NCBI GenBank assembly: GCA_051278125.1
Contig: JBNMNV010000001.1
Location: 1 to 40,303 of the forward strand
DNA from: Polaribacter sp.
GTDB lineage: Bacteria > Bacteroidota > Bacteroidia > Flavobacteriales > Flavobacteriaceae
Length of the DNA: 40,303 nucleotides
Reading direction: 5' to 3'
Shown: positions 10,601-18,761 of the stretch, piece after piece
Position numbering within the stretch: position 1 is the first letter of the stretch
Layout of the letters: every line of letters starts with the position of its first letter
Translations under genes and position numbers: made by a program
Notes under the pieces: model-generated
The model's input: only the letters and a program-made list of their open reading frames with translations
The model's database searches: none
Told to the model about the DNA's origin: nothing

Positions 10601-12724
10601 TCAATAAGTGAGCAAAGTCAATTAGATACTACCCAGACCGAAAAACCTGAAATAGAACAATCAGATCAAGCTGCTATTGATGCAGAATTATCAAAATTGA
10701 TGGATGAAATTCGTAAAATTAAGGGGCAAGCAGATATTTCTTTCAATAAAAAATATTGGAATGATCCGAATTCAATGCGGGTAACAATGAATGAAAGCAA
10801 TCCTAAACAGGAGGCTATGGACATTCTAAGAAGAGCCATTCCTATAGTAGATCGTGCGAAATATCCGGGTCCTAAGCTTATGGCCTATCATATGTTAGCA
10901 ATGCATTTTACAGATTACTCAGGAAGAGTAAATGGAAATCTAGGGAAACAGGCATTTTTCATTGAAGCAGCAAAACAGATCAATAAAGCAGATCAATTAA
11001 TGCCTCAATTACGAAGTATGGGTAATCAAGCTTTATCAAACTTTTATGTTGCAAGCGCTGAGGTATGGCGCGCAATGACCCGCAAAGCACAATGGGGAAA
11101 TCATGCCTATAATAAAATGGCTTGTGATAAAAAGGTGATGCAACAATATGAACGAGCTGTTCAGACAGATCCAAATAATACCCAAGCCAGAAGAATGCTA
11201 GAAAAGCTGAGAGCTCCTAAAAAAGCAGTCCCTGCAGCAGCAACGGAGCTTGATAAAATTAGACCGGAGGCTTGGAATGATGCTGAAGCAATTCGTCATA
11301 AATTAAAAGCTGAAGTATATGAAAATGTCATAGTTGAACAAGAAAATGAATTGAATAAGAAAGTAGAAATTAATGCCTTGGAATTGGCTGATCTTACCGT
11401 TGAACATACTTCTGGAACGGTTTATATCAAACGTTCTGGAGCTGAATATTGGGAAGAAATTCAAGGTTCTGTTGCGGTTATTTTTAATGGAGACGCTATA
11501 AAAACAAGTGAGGATGCTAAAGGTGTTTCTGTAACTTTCCAAGAAGATCATACATTTTTCGCAATAAAAAATAATGCTGAGGTACTCTTTATTGATGATC
11601 ATAAATTTGTGATTAAAAGAGGAGAGATTAGAGTTGAAGTTACCAAGAAAGGGAAAGAGTTTTTAGTAATCACACCATTTCATACAGTAGGTGTTCGAGG
11701 AACTGAGTTTGAAGTAAATGTTAAATCGGATCAAACCACGGAAACATATGTTTATGAAGGGGTTGTTGAAACTCGTAACGGAACCGATATCGCTTATTTA
11801 GAAGTTGGCGATAAGGTTATTGTTAAAAAAGGCGATGATAATATCAGTGAATCAACTTTTAATGTTGCACAACGTAATCAGTCTGAATGGAGTGGTATAG
11901 AACAACAAAAAATAGATCATCAACGAAGCGTTGAAAGTACAAACATTAATGTGGAGCCTAAAAGAACAGATAAACGAACCAATGCTTCAAGAATATATGA
12001 CAGAAATATTCAGAAGGTTAACATTTCTGCAAGCCCAGATAAGAAATATCATGAAGTTCTGGTTTCTAATAGTCTAGATTATCAACATATTGCTATAGTT
12101 GCTAGATGTCCTGTAAATGTTTCAGAAAAAACAGCTATAACAGTTAATTGGTATTTTAATAATCTGCCACAACCAATTAGTGTGGGTAATTATGAGGTGT
12201 TGCCTCAGGCAAGTGAATATGATGCAACAATTTTTTCTTATGATAGACCTTTAAATCCAGGTGTTTACAAGGTTGAGTTTATCATGAATGGAAATGTAAT
12301 AGGAAGATCTGAGGTTAGTATCAAACCTCAGGAAGACTATGATGAGCAGGAAGCTAAGAAATATTATATAGAAGCTGTAAAAGGCCTGGATATGGCTCTC
12401 CAATTTTTAAATGGAGGTGATTATACCAATGCAGGAGAAATGGCTAGGTCTAGCTTACCAATATTACAATCGGTATTATACAATGCACCAAATTTACCTG
12501 ATGTATTAGCTGTATTACAGGCTGCACAAACTGTAAATTCTTTAGATAAAGTGAATAATTTACTTCAACAAAATAACTCTGTAGAAGCATTGAAATGGGC
12601 TAAGGTTTCCTTGGCTACTGTTTCTAATGCGCATCAAAATTGTAAAGATGATCAGTTTAAACAAACACTTACAAATTTGAAAAATGTAGTTGAAGAAATC
12701 GTTTTTGAATTGAATAAACTATAA
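7637..12724 (+). CDS. Giant exported multidomain protein with FecR, TPR-like and Ig-like domains (track start TTG 7628; ATG 7637 preferred)
   Basis: Signal peptide MKAQRLLLVIGFLFFLLSVKS/Q; FecR signature GDAIKT...GEIRVEV...ITPFHTVGVRGTEFEV...VYEGVV; TPR-like YERAVQTDPNNTQARRML. Confidence 0.88.
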   Translation: MKAQRLLLVIGFLFFLLSVKSQNAEQYINNVVNDINYKIAEVHQLASQKQMYECIAKLDEVYFKISSEIRKGTFDEEYKNAKRNNPNFTYKIRKDLPNQLEATYWKSKLAQCERILANQDVVIEGMIAAKKLNNDDKFLALLKQLKTGYDAISGIIENTATFNPLKLGYDLHGNFNDAINNYKEYENAELANLEIDEKLAKFNLTIAKAEKNKNNFHFFKKYLKDNYDAVTSFKANVEYLNKIKNSIDSGPIDKLDISLKYNWNYGPFQKEVKELCKNFNIDDDYCSDFKLKYDKINRSAKRSLNTIIENIKASDDQANKQRFLNENNARWPEYKGVVDPIFQKVYTAQCDKPITQETSENDTSNNEQSNKGNENTEITVNDRVLNIQSLELETTYGVSTNSFYPSQKAKVSFSTKWDGKFMERVQIKILLDNEVVLDEILAFRNSMGDFLSNFSKTIQIPEYFGNGDYRLSLHISRDPKVLNKSIQVKCTPKTILFNVTDTRSLTINEGNEINKEEEEGEEEVKKTTKPITKISGSTDKYWENEIPDNAHKEWAIIKDGSSYTYEVKYSVNGRTVGYRAFSDPEFKNPKWESIRNNLAIKHGAQRKFSFDKEGNYFVSEIEFYRANKRMANRLTLDSKGEIKYGEKLDYINEKLMTHIPSEPQLSLANIAITGNVDYTSINLPSNPIKLISGYSERYYAPNVLKQHMGTYTFSGGEFKLRSASLRSGRKVVAWSFYTNGNLLSISTYLLSDRYKFYQEYYTQDKVRVGTRISRDGTQIYLYGKKVDKQTYLTAKAEDNWLPSLADGDAISSRPFNPQNYPDPAWATSNPLNLFIEDGSQLWRVEMTDYSTNCFYVNNHNISGLISWNEKKQSLLEVYRDMHQIYRIRWKKEGQLSGAHIRGHIYNEGLRISVKDGEIQSNYENTSLPYYSYSKTYAKIKNTPSLEVFDSPRLTDIIEQPKFPPAEITPLFKKIWNGLEIDYSAPTSESISEQSQLDTTQTEKPEIEQSDQAAIDAELSKLMDEIRKIKGQADISFNKKYWNDPNSMRVTMNESNPKQEAMDILRRAIPIVDRAKYPGPKLMAYHMLAMHFTDYSGRVNGNLGKQAFFIEAAKQINKADQLMPQLRSMGNQALSNFYVASAEVWRAMTRKAQWGNHAYNKMACDKKVMQQYERAVQTDPNNTQARRMLEKLRAPKKAVPAAATELDKIRPEAWNDAEAIRHKLKAEVYENVIVEQENELNKKVEINALELADLTVEHTSGTVYIKRSGAEYWEEIQGSVAVIFNGDAIKTSEDAKGVSVTFQEDHTFFAIKNNAEVLFIDDHKFVIKRGEIRVEVTKKGKEFLVITPFHTVGVRGTEFEVNVKSDQTTETYVYEGVVETRNGTDIAYLEVGDKVIVKKGDDNISESTFNVAQRNQSEWSGIEQQKIDHQRSVESTNINVEPKRTDKRTNASRIYDRNIQKVNISASPDKKYHEVLVSNSLDYQHIAIVARCPVNVSEKTAITVNWYFNNLPQPISVGNYEVLPQASEYDATIFSYDRPLNPGVYKVEFIMNGNVIGRSEVSIKPQEDYDEQEAKKYYIEAVKGLDMALQFLNGGDYTNAGEMARSSLPILQSVLYNAPNLPDVLAVLQAAQTVNSLDKVNNLLQQNNSVEALKWAKVSLATVSNAHQNCKDDQFKQTLTNLKNVVEEIVFELNKL

Positions 12725-12733
12725 ATACTAATT

Positions 12734-13240
12734 ATGAGTAAAAAACAACTATCAATCGTATTACTAATTGTAGGCATTGTTGGTTTTATTTATCAGCAAA
12801 ACCAGAAAAAAAAATATCTAATTCTTGATAAACGAATTTCAAGCAACAATGAATTTGTTCACAACATAAACGTTCAATCCGGAAATAATTATCTTTTTTC
12901 TTTATGGGGAAACGATGAAGAAGGAGGATTCCAATGGGCTGGAATGGAGATGTATTTTAAAATTATAACCGAATCGGGTGTTGTAATTGAGGAGAAAAAT
13001 ATAATAGCCACTGGCACAGAAGACGACACAGGAAGGAAACGTGCTGCGAATGGTGATGATGTGAAATTTAAAGCAACTGAATCAGAAAATGTTACGTTAC
13101 TGGCTACTTTAATAAAAGGTGATTATATGGATATAGCAATCTATGAGAACTTACCTGAAAACAATTATTGGATGCCCGTTTTATTCATTGGTCTTTTTAT
13201 TACTGGTTTGGTTTTATACTTAAAATCCCGAAATCAATAA
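12734..13240 (+). CDS. Hypothetical membrane protein (N- and C-terminal TM helices around a beta-rich domain)
   Basis: Hydrophobic LSIVLLIVGIVGFIY and WMPVLFIGLFITGLVLYL; starts 9 nt after the giant gene. Confidence 0.85.
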   Translation: MSKKQLSIVLLIVGIVGFIYQQNQKKKYLILDKRISSNNEFVHNINVQSGNNYLFSLWGNDEEGGFQWAGMEMYFKIITESGVVIEEKNIIATGTEDDTGRKRAANGDDVKFKATESENVTLLATLIKGDYMDIAIYENLPENNYWMPVLFIGLFITGLVLYLKSRNQ

Positions 13241-13276
13241 AGTTTCAAAATTGTAAAGATTCTAAACAAATAAATT

Positions 13277-14140
13277 ATGAAAAAAACAACAATATCAATA
13301 GCGCTATTTTTTTTGACAACTATAATATTAAGCCAAAACATTGTTGATAAACAATGGGGGTTTAAATTAGATATACCATCGTCTTGGTCACAAAATGATT
13401 ATATGGATGGGCCAGATAAAGTCTATGATTTTTACAGTGCTGACAAAAATGCTGGGTTTAGCCTTCGTATTTTTAATATTACAAGTCAGATAACTTATGA
13501 AATTCTTATTCCAGTGTTTGAGCAAAATATATTTCCCGAAGCATCAAGATTAGCACTTAAAGATTTAACTTCAAAAAATGGAATTCCCGGAAAGCAGGCT
13601 ATGTATTCGATGGATAATAACGGAAACAAAATTGATATTGCTGTTTTTTACACACTTCAAAATTCAAAGGGTTATGTTTTTTCTGCCCTAGTGGTTTCCG
13701 ATATTGCTGAAAATTATAAAAACGATATTCTATCAACAACGGCTTCTTTCATCATTGATGGTGTTGGGGAAAATCCACCAAAAAAAAATGGCTTAGGTAG
13801 TATTTCAGATCTTTTGAAAAAACAAAAAGACAATCAACCTAAAAAAACTTCAAATAACTCAGTAGTTGTAGGTCGCTATATGTTTGATTATAGTAAAGGC
13901 GATAATCGCACTAATTTCAACAATATTTATATTTATAAAAATGGAACTTATGAACATGAATATCAGCCAAAAAACTCTGGAAATTATATTGGAGGAACCA
14001 AAGGAACTTGGAAATTAGAAGGAAACACCCTCACATTAATTCATAATGGTAACGGTGCATTAACGGATGTTTATACACTTGATGGTCGAAAATTAATTCG
14101 CACTACTAATAGCGGAAAAATGGTTTATTTCAGAGAGTAA
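13277..14140 (+). CDS. Exported protein: PsbP/DcrB-like domain plus lipocalin-like C-terminal domain
   Basis: Signal peptide ending ILS/Q; GFKLDIPSSW...NGIPG...TASF pattern; C-terminal VVGRY...KNGTY...GTWKLEGNTLTL. Confidence 0.7.
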   Translation: MKKTTISIALFFLTTIILSQNIVDKQWGFKLDIPSSWSQNDYMDGPDKVYDFYSADKNAGFSLRIFNITSQITYEILIPVFEQNIFPEASRLALKDLTSKNGIPGKQAMYSMDNNGNKIDIAVFYTLQNSKGYVFSALVVSDIAENYKNDILSTTASFIIDGVGENPPKKNGLGSISDLLKKQKDNQPKKTSNNSVVVGRYMFDYSKGDNRTNFNNIYIYKNGTYEHEYQPKNSGNYIGGTKGTWKLEGNTLTLIHNGNGALTDVYTLDGRKLIRTTNSGKMVYFRE

Positions 14141-14285
14141 AACTTAGCCTAAAAAAGGTAAGTTATTATTTATAAAAAACAATGAAACGTTAAAATAATT
14201 CAATACAAAATAGGTTGGTTTTGAGGTAAACTTCAAATAAAGTTTGAAATCATTCCAATAAACTAATAAATACCAGAAATCAGTT

Positions 14286-15347
14286 ATGAAAAATCAAAAA
14301 GCAATTCTTTTATTCATTTGTTTTCTTTTTAGCATTGGTAAGGCCTTTGCTCAAAAAAAATGGATTTCTGACAATGAAATGCAGTTTAAAATAAATGCTC
14401 CTGTAAATTTCACACATAATCAAATTTATGATGGAACAGATAAAGTATTAACTATTATGAGTCCAGATCAAAATGTGATGATTCGGGTTAGGGCAATGCC
14501 AGCAACAAACCAGTTTACCCCCGTTCTTTTACAAAAGGCTTTTGAGCAAAATATGATTAAGGGAGCTAAACGAATTGTTGATGAAAATGGTAAATTAAAT
14601 AATATTCCTACTCGATCGTCGGCATATACTTGGAGTGTTGATGGAAACAACGCAGTTCTTGGCGCTTATTATATTGTTCAAAATGGGTTTGCTTATATTG
14701 TATGGTCAGCAATACCAATTCATTTAATTCAGCAACGTTCAGCTGAAGCCGATGAAATACTAAATACATTTACTTTATTAAACCAAATTGCAGTTTCCAG
14801 TAGTAAGGGTATAGAAAGTTTACTAGGGGAAAAAGGTAGTATAAGTGCTATTATTAATAAAAAAAGCATTGGAAAAGCTACGCCTCCTCCTCCGCCACTA
14901 TCTAAAAAACCTGTTACATTTTCTAATCCAAAGTATTTATCATTAGTTTCCGATGATGCATGTGTTGAGCACTTTTATCCAAAAGGATACAAAACAACTT
15001 CAGTTGAACAAGGACAAACTATTTGGGAAGATGGCTCGGATATTAAAATGGTGATACAAACAATTATTAAAGCTGGAAGGTTTCGTTCTTACACAAGCAA
15101 TAATGTGACGAGTATTTCCAATAAAGGAGCCGATGTTATTTTGCAAAAATATTTGGAAATAAAGGGTGAAGATGTATTTCAATATTTCTATACTTATGGG
15201 GAATCTTATTTTGCATATTTTGCAATTGAAAACAATAATTGTTACTATTTGGTAGGTTTTGTAGGAAATAATCAAAAGCAGCAGAAAATTGTAAAATATG
15301 CTAATGATGTTATGCAGTCGGTTAAAAAAGTTCAATGCAGTCGCTAA
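14286..15347 (+). CDS. Exported protein with two PsbP/DcrB-like domains; paralog of 13277
   Basis: Signal peptide ending AFA/Q; shares FK(L/I)xxP, DGxDKV and FEQN with the 13277 ORF; polyproline linker. Confidence 0.7.
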   Translation: MKNQKAILLFICFLFSIGKAFAQKKWISDNEMQFKINAPVNFTHNQIYDGTDKVLTIMSPDQNVMIRVRAMPATNQFTPVLLQKAFEQNMIKGAKRIVDENGKLNNIPTRSSAYTWSVDGNNAVLGAYYIVQNGFAYIVWSAIPIHLIQQRSAEADEILNTFTLLNQIAVSSSKGIESLLGEKGSISAIINKKSIGKATPPPPPLSKKPVTFSNPKYLSLVSDDACVEHFYPKGYKTTSVEQGQTIWEDGSDIKMVIQTIIKAGRFRSYTSNNVTSISNKGADVILQKYLEIKGEDVFQYFYTYGESYFAYFAIENNNCYYLVGFVGNNQKQQKIVKYANDVMQSVKKVQCSR

Positions 15348-15477
15348 CTTTTGGAAAGGATGCTTGTTATTTGAAGAAGTGAAGAATTCAACATAGCCAC
15401 TCTGCATTAGACAGGTTTTCTTATTCTAAAGAAAAGTTTGCCACAATTTTTACAAAAATTTCGCAAGGACGATATTT

Positions 15478-15713
15478 TTATAAAGAATTCACGTTTTTTA
15501 AATCTGTAATGTCTTTCCATGTCGATGCTTTATGAGGCATTTCGAGGTAGTCGTGCCCTAAAACAGACCAAAATTTTGGATTCATCTATTCTTCCTCCGG
15601 ATTTTCTATATCCCAATCCCATCTAAGAAATATTCTTGAATAAAATAAAAAATTGACTCATCGGTTTTAATGATATTATAGAGTTCTTTTTTAAGATAGT
15701 TGTCGTTTTGCAT
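15478..15713 (-). pseudogene. PAS-domain sensor protein, N-terminal remnant
   Basis: MQNDNYLKKELYNIIKTDESIFYFIQEYFLDG / frameshift / WDIENPEEE*MNPKFWSVLGHDYLEMPHKASTW; TAG at 15586-15588 where a Trp is expected. Confidence 0.75.
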
Positions 15714-16138
15714 GGGGGACTGAATTTAATTAAATTTTACAGAACAATTTTATGTAAAGAAAGTTTTTGGTTTAAGCTTGTAATATAACACATAAATCAT
15801 AAAAAAAATATGTCAGTACTATTATAAATAGTATTTTGGAGTACGTTGTTCTAAACTAACTAGGGCTTTATTTTGGTTCATAAAGATGCTGTGTATTGAG
15901 TATACAAATCAATAAAATCTTGATTACTATTTAATTTTTAAATAGGTTCCTCTAAAGCGGCTGAACGAATGAAGAATATTCCAAAAACATTAAAAGTAAT
16001 TGTAAAAACTATCTTTTTGGCATATTATTCTGTTGCGATGCCTTTTATTTTGTTTGTTTTTAAGTTTTGCCAGGTTATGAGCAGTTTATGAATCATCCAT
16101 TATACTGGAAGTAATATCAATTGGAAGTACAATTGGTA

Positions 16139-17575
16139 TTATTCAATAACCAATTTTTTTATAATTTCATCAATATTTAATATGTAAATTCCTTTAGATA
16201 AACTACTTACATTTATAGTTTGAATATCAGAATTTACTTTATAACGAACAACAAGTTGCCCATTGATAGCATATATATAAACATCAGATGGCTTACCTGA
16301 ATTGAGCCTTGAAATAGTTAAATGGTCTGTGGCTGGATTTGGGTACATATTAAATCCTGTTTTTATAAATTTCTCACTAGATAATGTTGAATGCGCTCCT
16401 ACAATTCTGAACCCAAAATGATCATTCCCTTTATCCTCTGAGTCAGAAAACCTCATTGCAGATTGCAAGGTATTTTCATGATAATTCCAAGAACCTCCTC
16501 GCCAAGATCTTTCAGTAGAACCACTAACCTCAATAAAAGGATCGGTCACTGCAGACGTATCATACGGAGCAACATAATTATCCGCAATCCATTCCCAAAC
16601 ATTTCCTGCTAAATTGTATAATCCAAAAGGGTTGGCACTTCCGCTAATTGCACTTCTAACGTGTCCAGTTGCCAAAACGTCTATTCCTGCTTGATTCCAA
16701 TTTGCATCACTCACAGTACTACCATCAAAAACAGCATATTCAAAATTAGAGCCGGCCTTCGCGGCATATTCCCATTGTGCTTCAGTAGGAATCGATAGAT
16801 TATAATACGCTGCAAATGCTTTGGCTCCCCACCATCTTATAAAAGTAACAGGCCAAGCAGAAACTTCTGTTTGAGTTGGAAGACTCGTTGAATTTTCTGG
16901 ATTATTTTCTGTCCACCCTTGTAATTCATCTGAATAATTTAATCCAGAACCTGCCCAATCGTCAAAATCATTCAATATTGCACCTTCAAAAATCATTGGA
17001 GCTCCATAATCTTGATAATTACAAATCTCTTTCCAATTAAAATCATCAACATTAAAAGGGTCTTTTACATAAAAAGTATTGGACACATCCTTAAAACCAA
17101 TGTATGCCATATTTAATGGATTTTCAGGCTCTACACTTCCCGTAAATTCGTTGTTTTCATCATCTTCATTACCATGATCTTTTAATACTCTAATTCCATC
17201 TAGGCTGTATAGTGTCTTCCCTTCATAGGCTGAAGCTGCTGTGCCTTGAATTATTAGCTTGTCTTTATCGGGCCCTGCAATACCTGTAACAATTTGAATT
17301 AAACCTTCACTAAAAGCAGCATTTAAAAATTCTACATATTGTTTATTGTTTATTTCAGCTTCACTCATGGCATAATCGGATATTGTTACTTGATGCTCAG
17401 GAGCAGCTTCTCTTTGTTCTGTTGAACCTTTTAAACTATTGCTTCCCATAATAAAAGTACCTCCATCAATATCTTTCATGACGATTCCTTCTGGCAAAGT
17501 TTGTGCAATTAGAATTGATGCGTGCAGAAAACAGACCAATAAAAGTGTGATAATTTTGTGTAGTTTTGTTTCCAT
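16139..17575 (-). CDS. FGE-sulfatase (SUMF1/EgtB/PvdO-like) domain protein with a T9SS type A sorting domain
   Basis: GGTFIMGS, PTEAQWEYAA, NPFGLYNLAGNVWEW, RGGSW, GFR; C-terminal YPNPATD...LSKGIYIL...KKLVIE; signal peptide. Confidence 0.92.
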   Translation of the reverse strand: METKLHKIITLLLVCFLHASILIAQTLPEGIVMKDIDGGTFIMGSNSLKGSTEQREAAPEHQVTISDYAMSEAEINNKQYVEFLNAAFSEGLIQIVTGIAGPDKDKLIIQGTAASAYEGKTLYSLDGIRVLKDHGNEDDENNEFTGSVEPENPLNMAYIGFKDVSNTFYVKDPFNVDDFNWKEICNYQDYGAPMIFEGAILNDFDDWAGSGLNYSDELQGWTENNPENSTSLPTQTEVSAWPVTFIRWWGAKAFAAYYNLSIPTEAQWEYAAKAGSNFEYAVFDGSTVSDANWNQAGIDVLATGHVRSAISGSANPFGLYNLAGNVWEWIADNYVAPYDTSAVTDPFIEVSGSTERSWRGGSWNYHENTLQSAMRFSDSEDKGNDHFGFRIVGAHSTLSSEKFIKTGFNMYPNPATDHLTISRLNSGKPSDVYIYAINGQLVVRYKVNSDIQTINVSSLSKGIYILNIDEIIKKLVIE

Positions 17576-18040
17576 TGTTACGCATTTAGCGATTAAATGT
17601 TTACTATTAGAAAAGATGATTTAGGTTCATAAACTTTAAAAGTAACTCGTGTATTTTTCTAATTACTTCAGTTATTTAACTGGAAATCAGATTTAAAGAT
17701 AGTAAAAATTAATACAACCCTATATTTAATGTTATGGAAAATTCAAAAGCAGATTTATAACTAATATTTATTTACGAAATAAGCCATTTTATTAGCGGAA
17801 AAATTATTGATGTTATCTTTAATTTTAAGAGTAGAGCAAAAAGAATTTAACTATTCTCGAGAACTGAAACAGTTTGTGATGCCAATTTAATTCTATAATT
17901 TTATCAAAATATATTTAGGAAAAAACCGTTTTTTAAAACTGGCATTCAGGATTCTTCCATCAAGTAGAAATTATATAAAAGTATTGGATGCGCTATTTCT
18001 TAAAAATAAAGTATTGGTTACTTTTGTTAAAAAATTATAA

Positions 18041-18247
18041 ATGAGCAATCTAAACGATAAATTAATCCAACAATCATATAAAGCTTTTCGTAGCCAATTA
18101 GAAACGGTCGAAACAAAAGAATTATTGGAAATAATTAAAAACTATAAATTACTACTAAGTAAGTTAGATGCTTATAATGGGGCACTTTTGAGGGATCTAA
18201 TTGATATTGCCGAAAAAAAATTAAAAACAAAAAAGGCATCGATATAA
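18041..18247 (+). CDS. Small hypothetical helical protein
   Basis: 68-aa ORF with TACTTTTG -7 box at 18019-18026. Confidence 0.65.
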   Translation: MSNLNDKLIQQSYKAFRSQLETVETKELLEIIKNYKLLLSKLDAYNGALLRDLIDIAEKKLKTKKASI

Positions 18248-18400
18248 AAGGGTTTATGGTAAAACCCCATGAACTTTTGGAAGTATAAATAGCCCTATTT
18301 TATGTTGTTTTAACCTTAGTATTTTCAATAAAAGCGGCATGAGCAACAAGGTTCATAGAGCTGCTTCGGAGTTTCTGTTTAAATTTTAAAAAAGTAGTGG

Positions 18401-18640
18401 TTATTTTTTGGAATGTTGATTAAAAGCCTCTCTTATTTTCTGATCATTTAAGATGTATTTCTTGTATTTACCATCTCTATATCTGTAATAAATAAACAAA
18501 GGCATAAATAGAAAAGACAAATATAAAACACCCAGTCCCATAACAACCTTTGCTTTTTCGTGCTCTGTGTTCAAAAGATATCCTCCAGTAATCATCCAAA
18601 TAACAAAGATGATAAACATTATTTTTATTGCTAATTTCAT
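18401..18640 (-). CDS. Small 2-TM hypothetical membrane protein
   Basis: Two hydrophobic helices; TAAGTTTG box directly upstream. Confidence 0.8.
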   Translation of the reverse strand: MKLAIKIMFIIFVIWMITGGYLLNTEHEKAKVVMGLGVLYLSFLFMPLFIYYRYRDGKYKKYILNDQKIREAFNQHSKK

Positions 18641-18761
18641 GCTGCAAACTTACAAAAGTTATATCTTTAATTATATTTATGACACAAGTTTCACGAATTT
18701 TACTCTTTTTAAAACTGATTGTTGATTAGTCTATTATTTTATAAAATTATATTTCATCATT

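Noticed and set aside
7637-12724. Giant protein as an Rhs toxin, alpha-2-macroglobulin or T9SS cargo
   Set aside because: No YD/PxxxxDPxG core, no CxEQ thioester motif and no T9SS C-terminal signature
9267-15407. Short ORFs inside the cluster (9267, 9888, 10980, 11303, 14468, 15000)
   Set aside because: Alternate-frame or antisense shadows with no motifs
15850-16060. Possible additional gene relic downstream of the FGE gene
   Set aside because: Several stops in the frames I read and no recognisable family
16113-16141. AATTGGTATTA resembling the end of the MITE-like repeat
   Set aside because: Better explained as one arm of a short local terminator-like hairpin; the internal repeat motifs are absent
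17770-17800. Possible LytTR-type direct repeat (21-bp period) upstream of the FGE gene
   Set aside because: Only 7/10 identity in very AT-rich DNA
6489-18400. attL/attR direct repeat of the tRNA 3' end
   Set aside because: No second copy found by eye, so no mobile element is called
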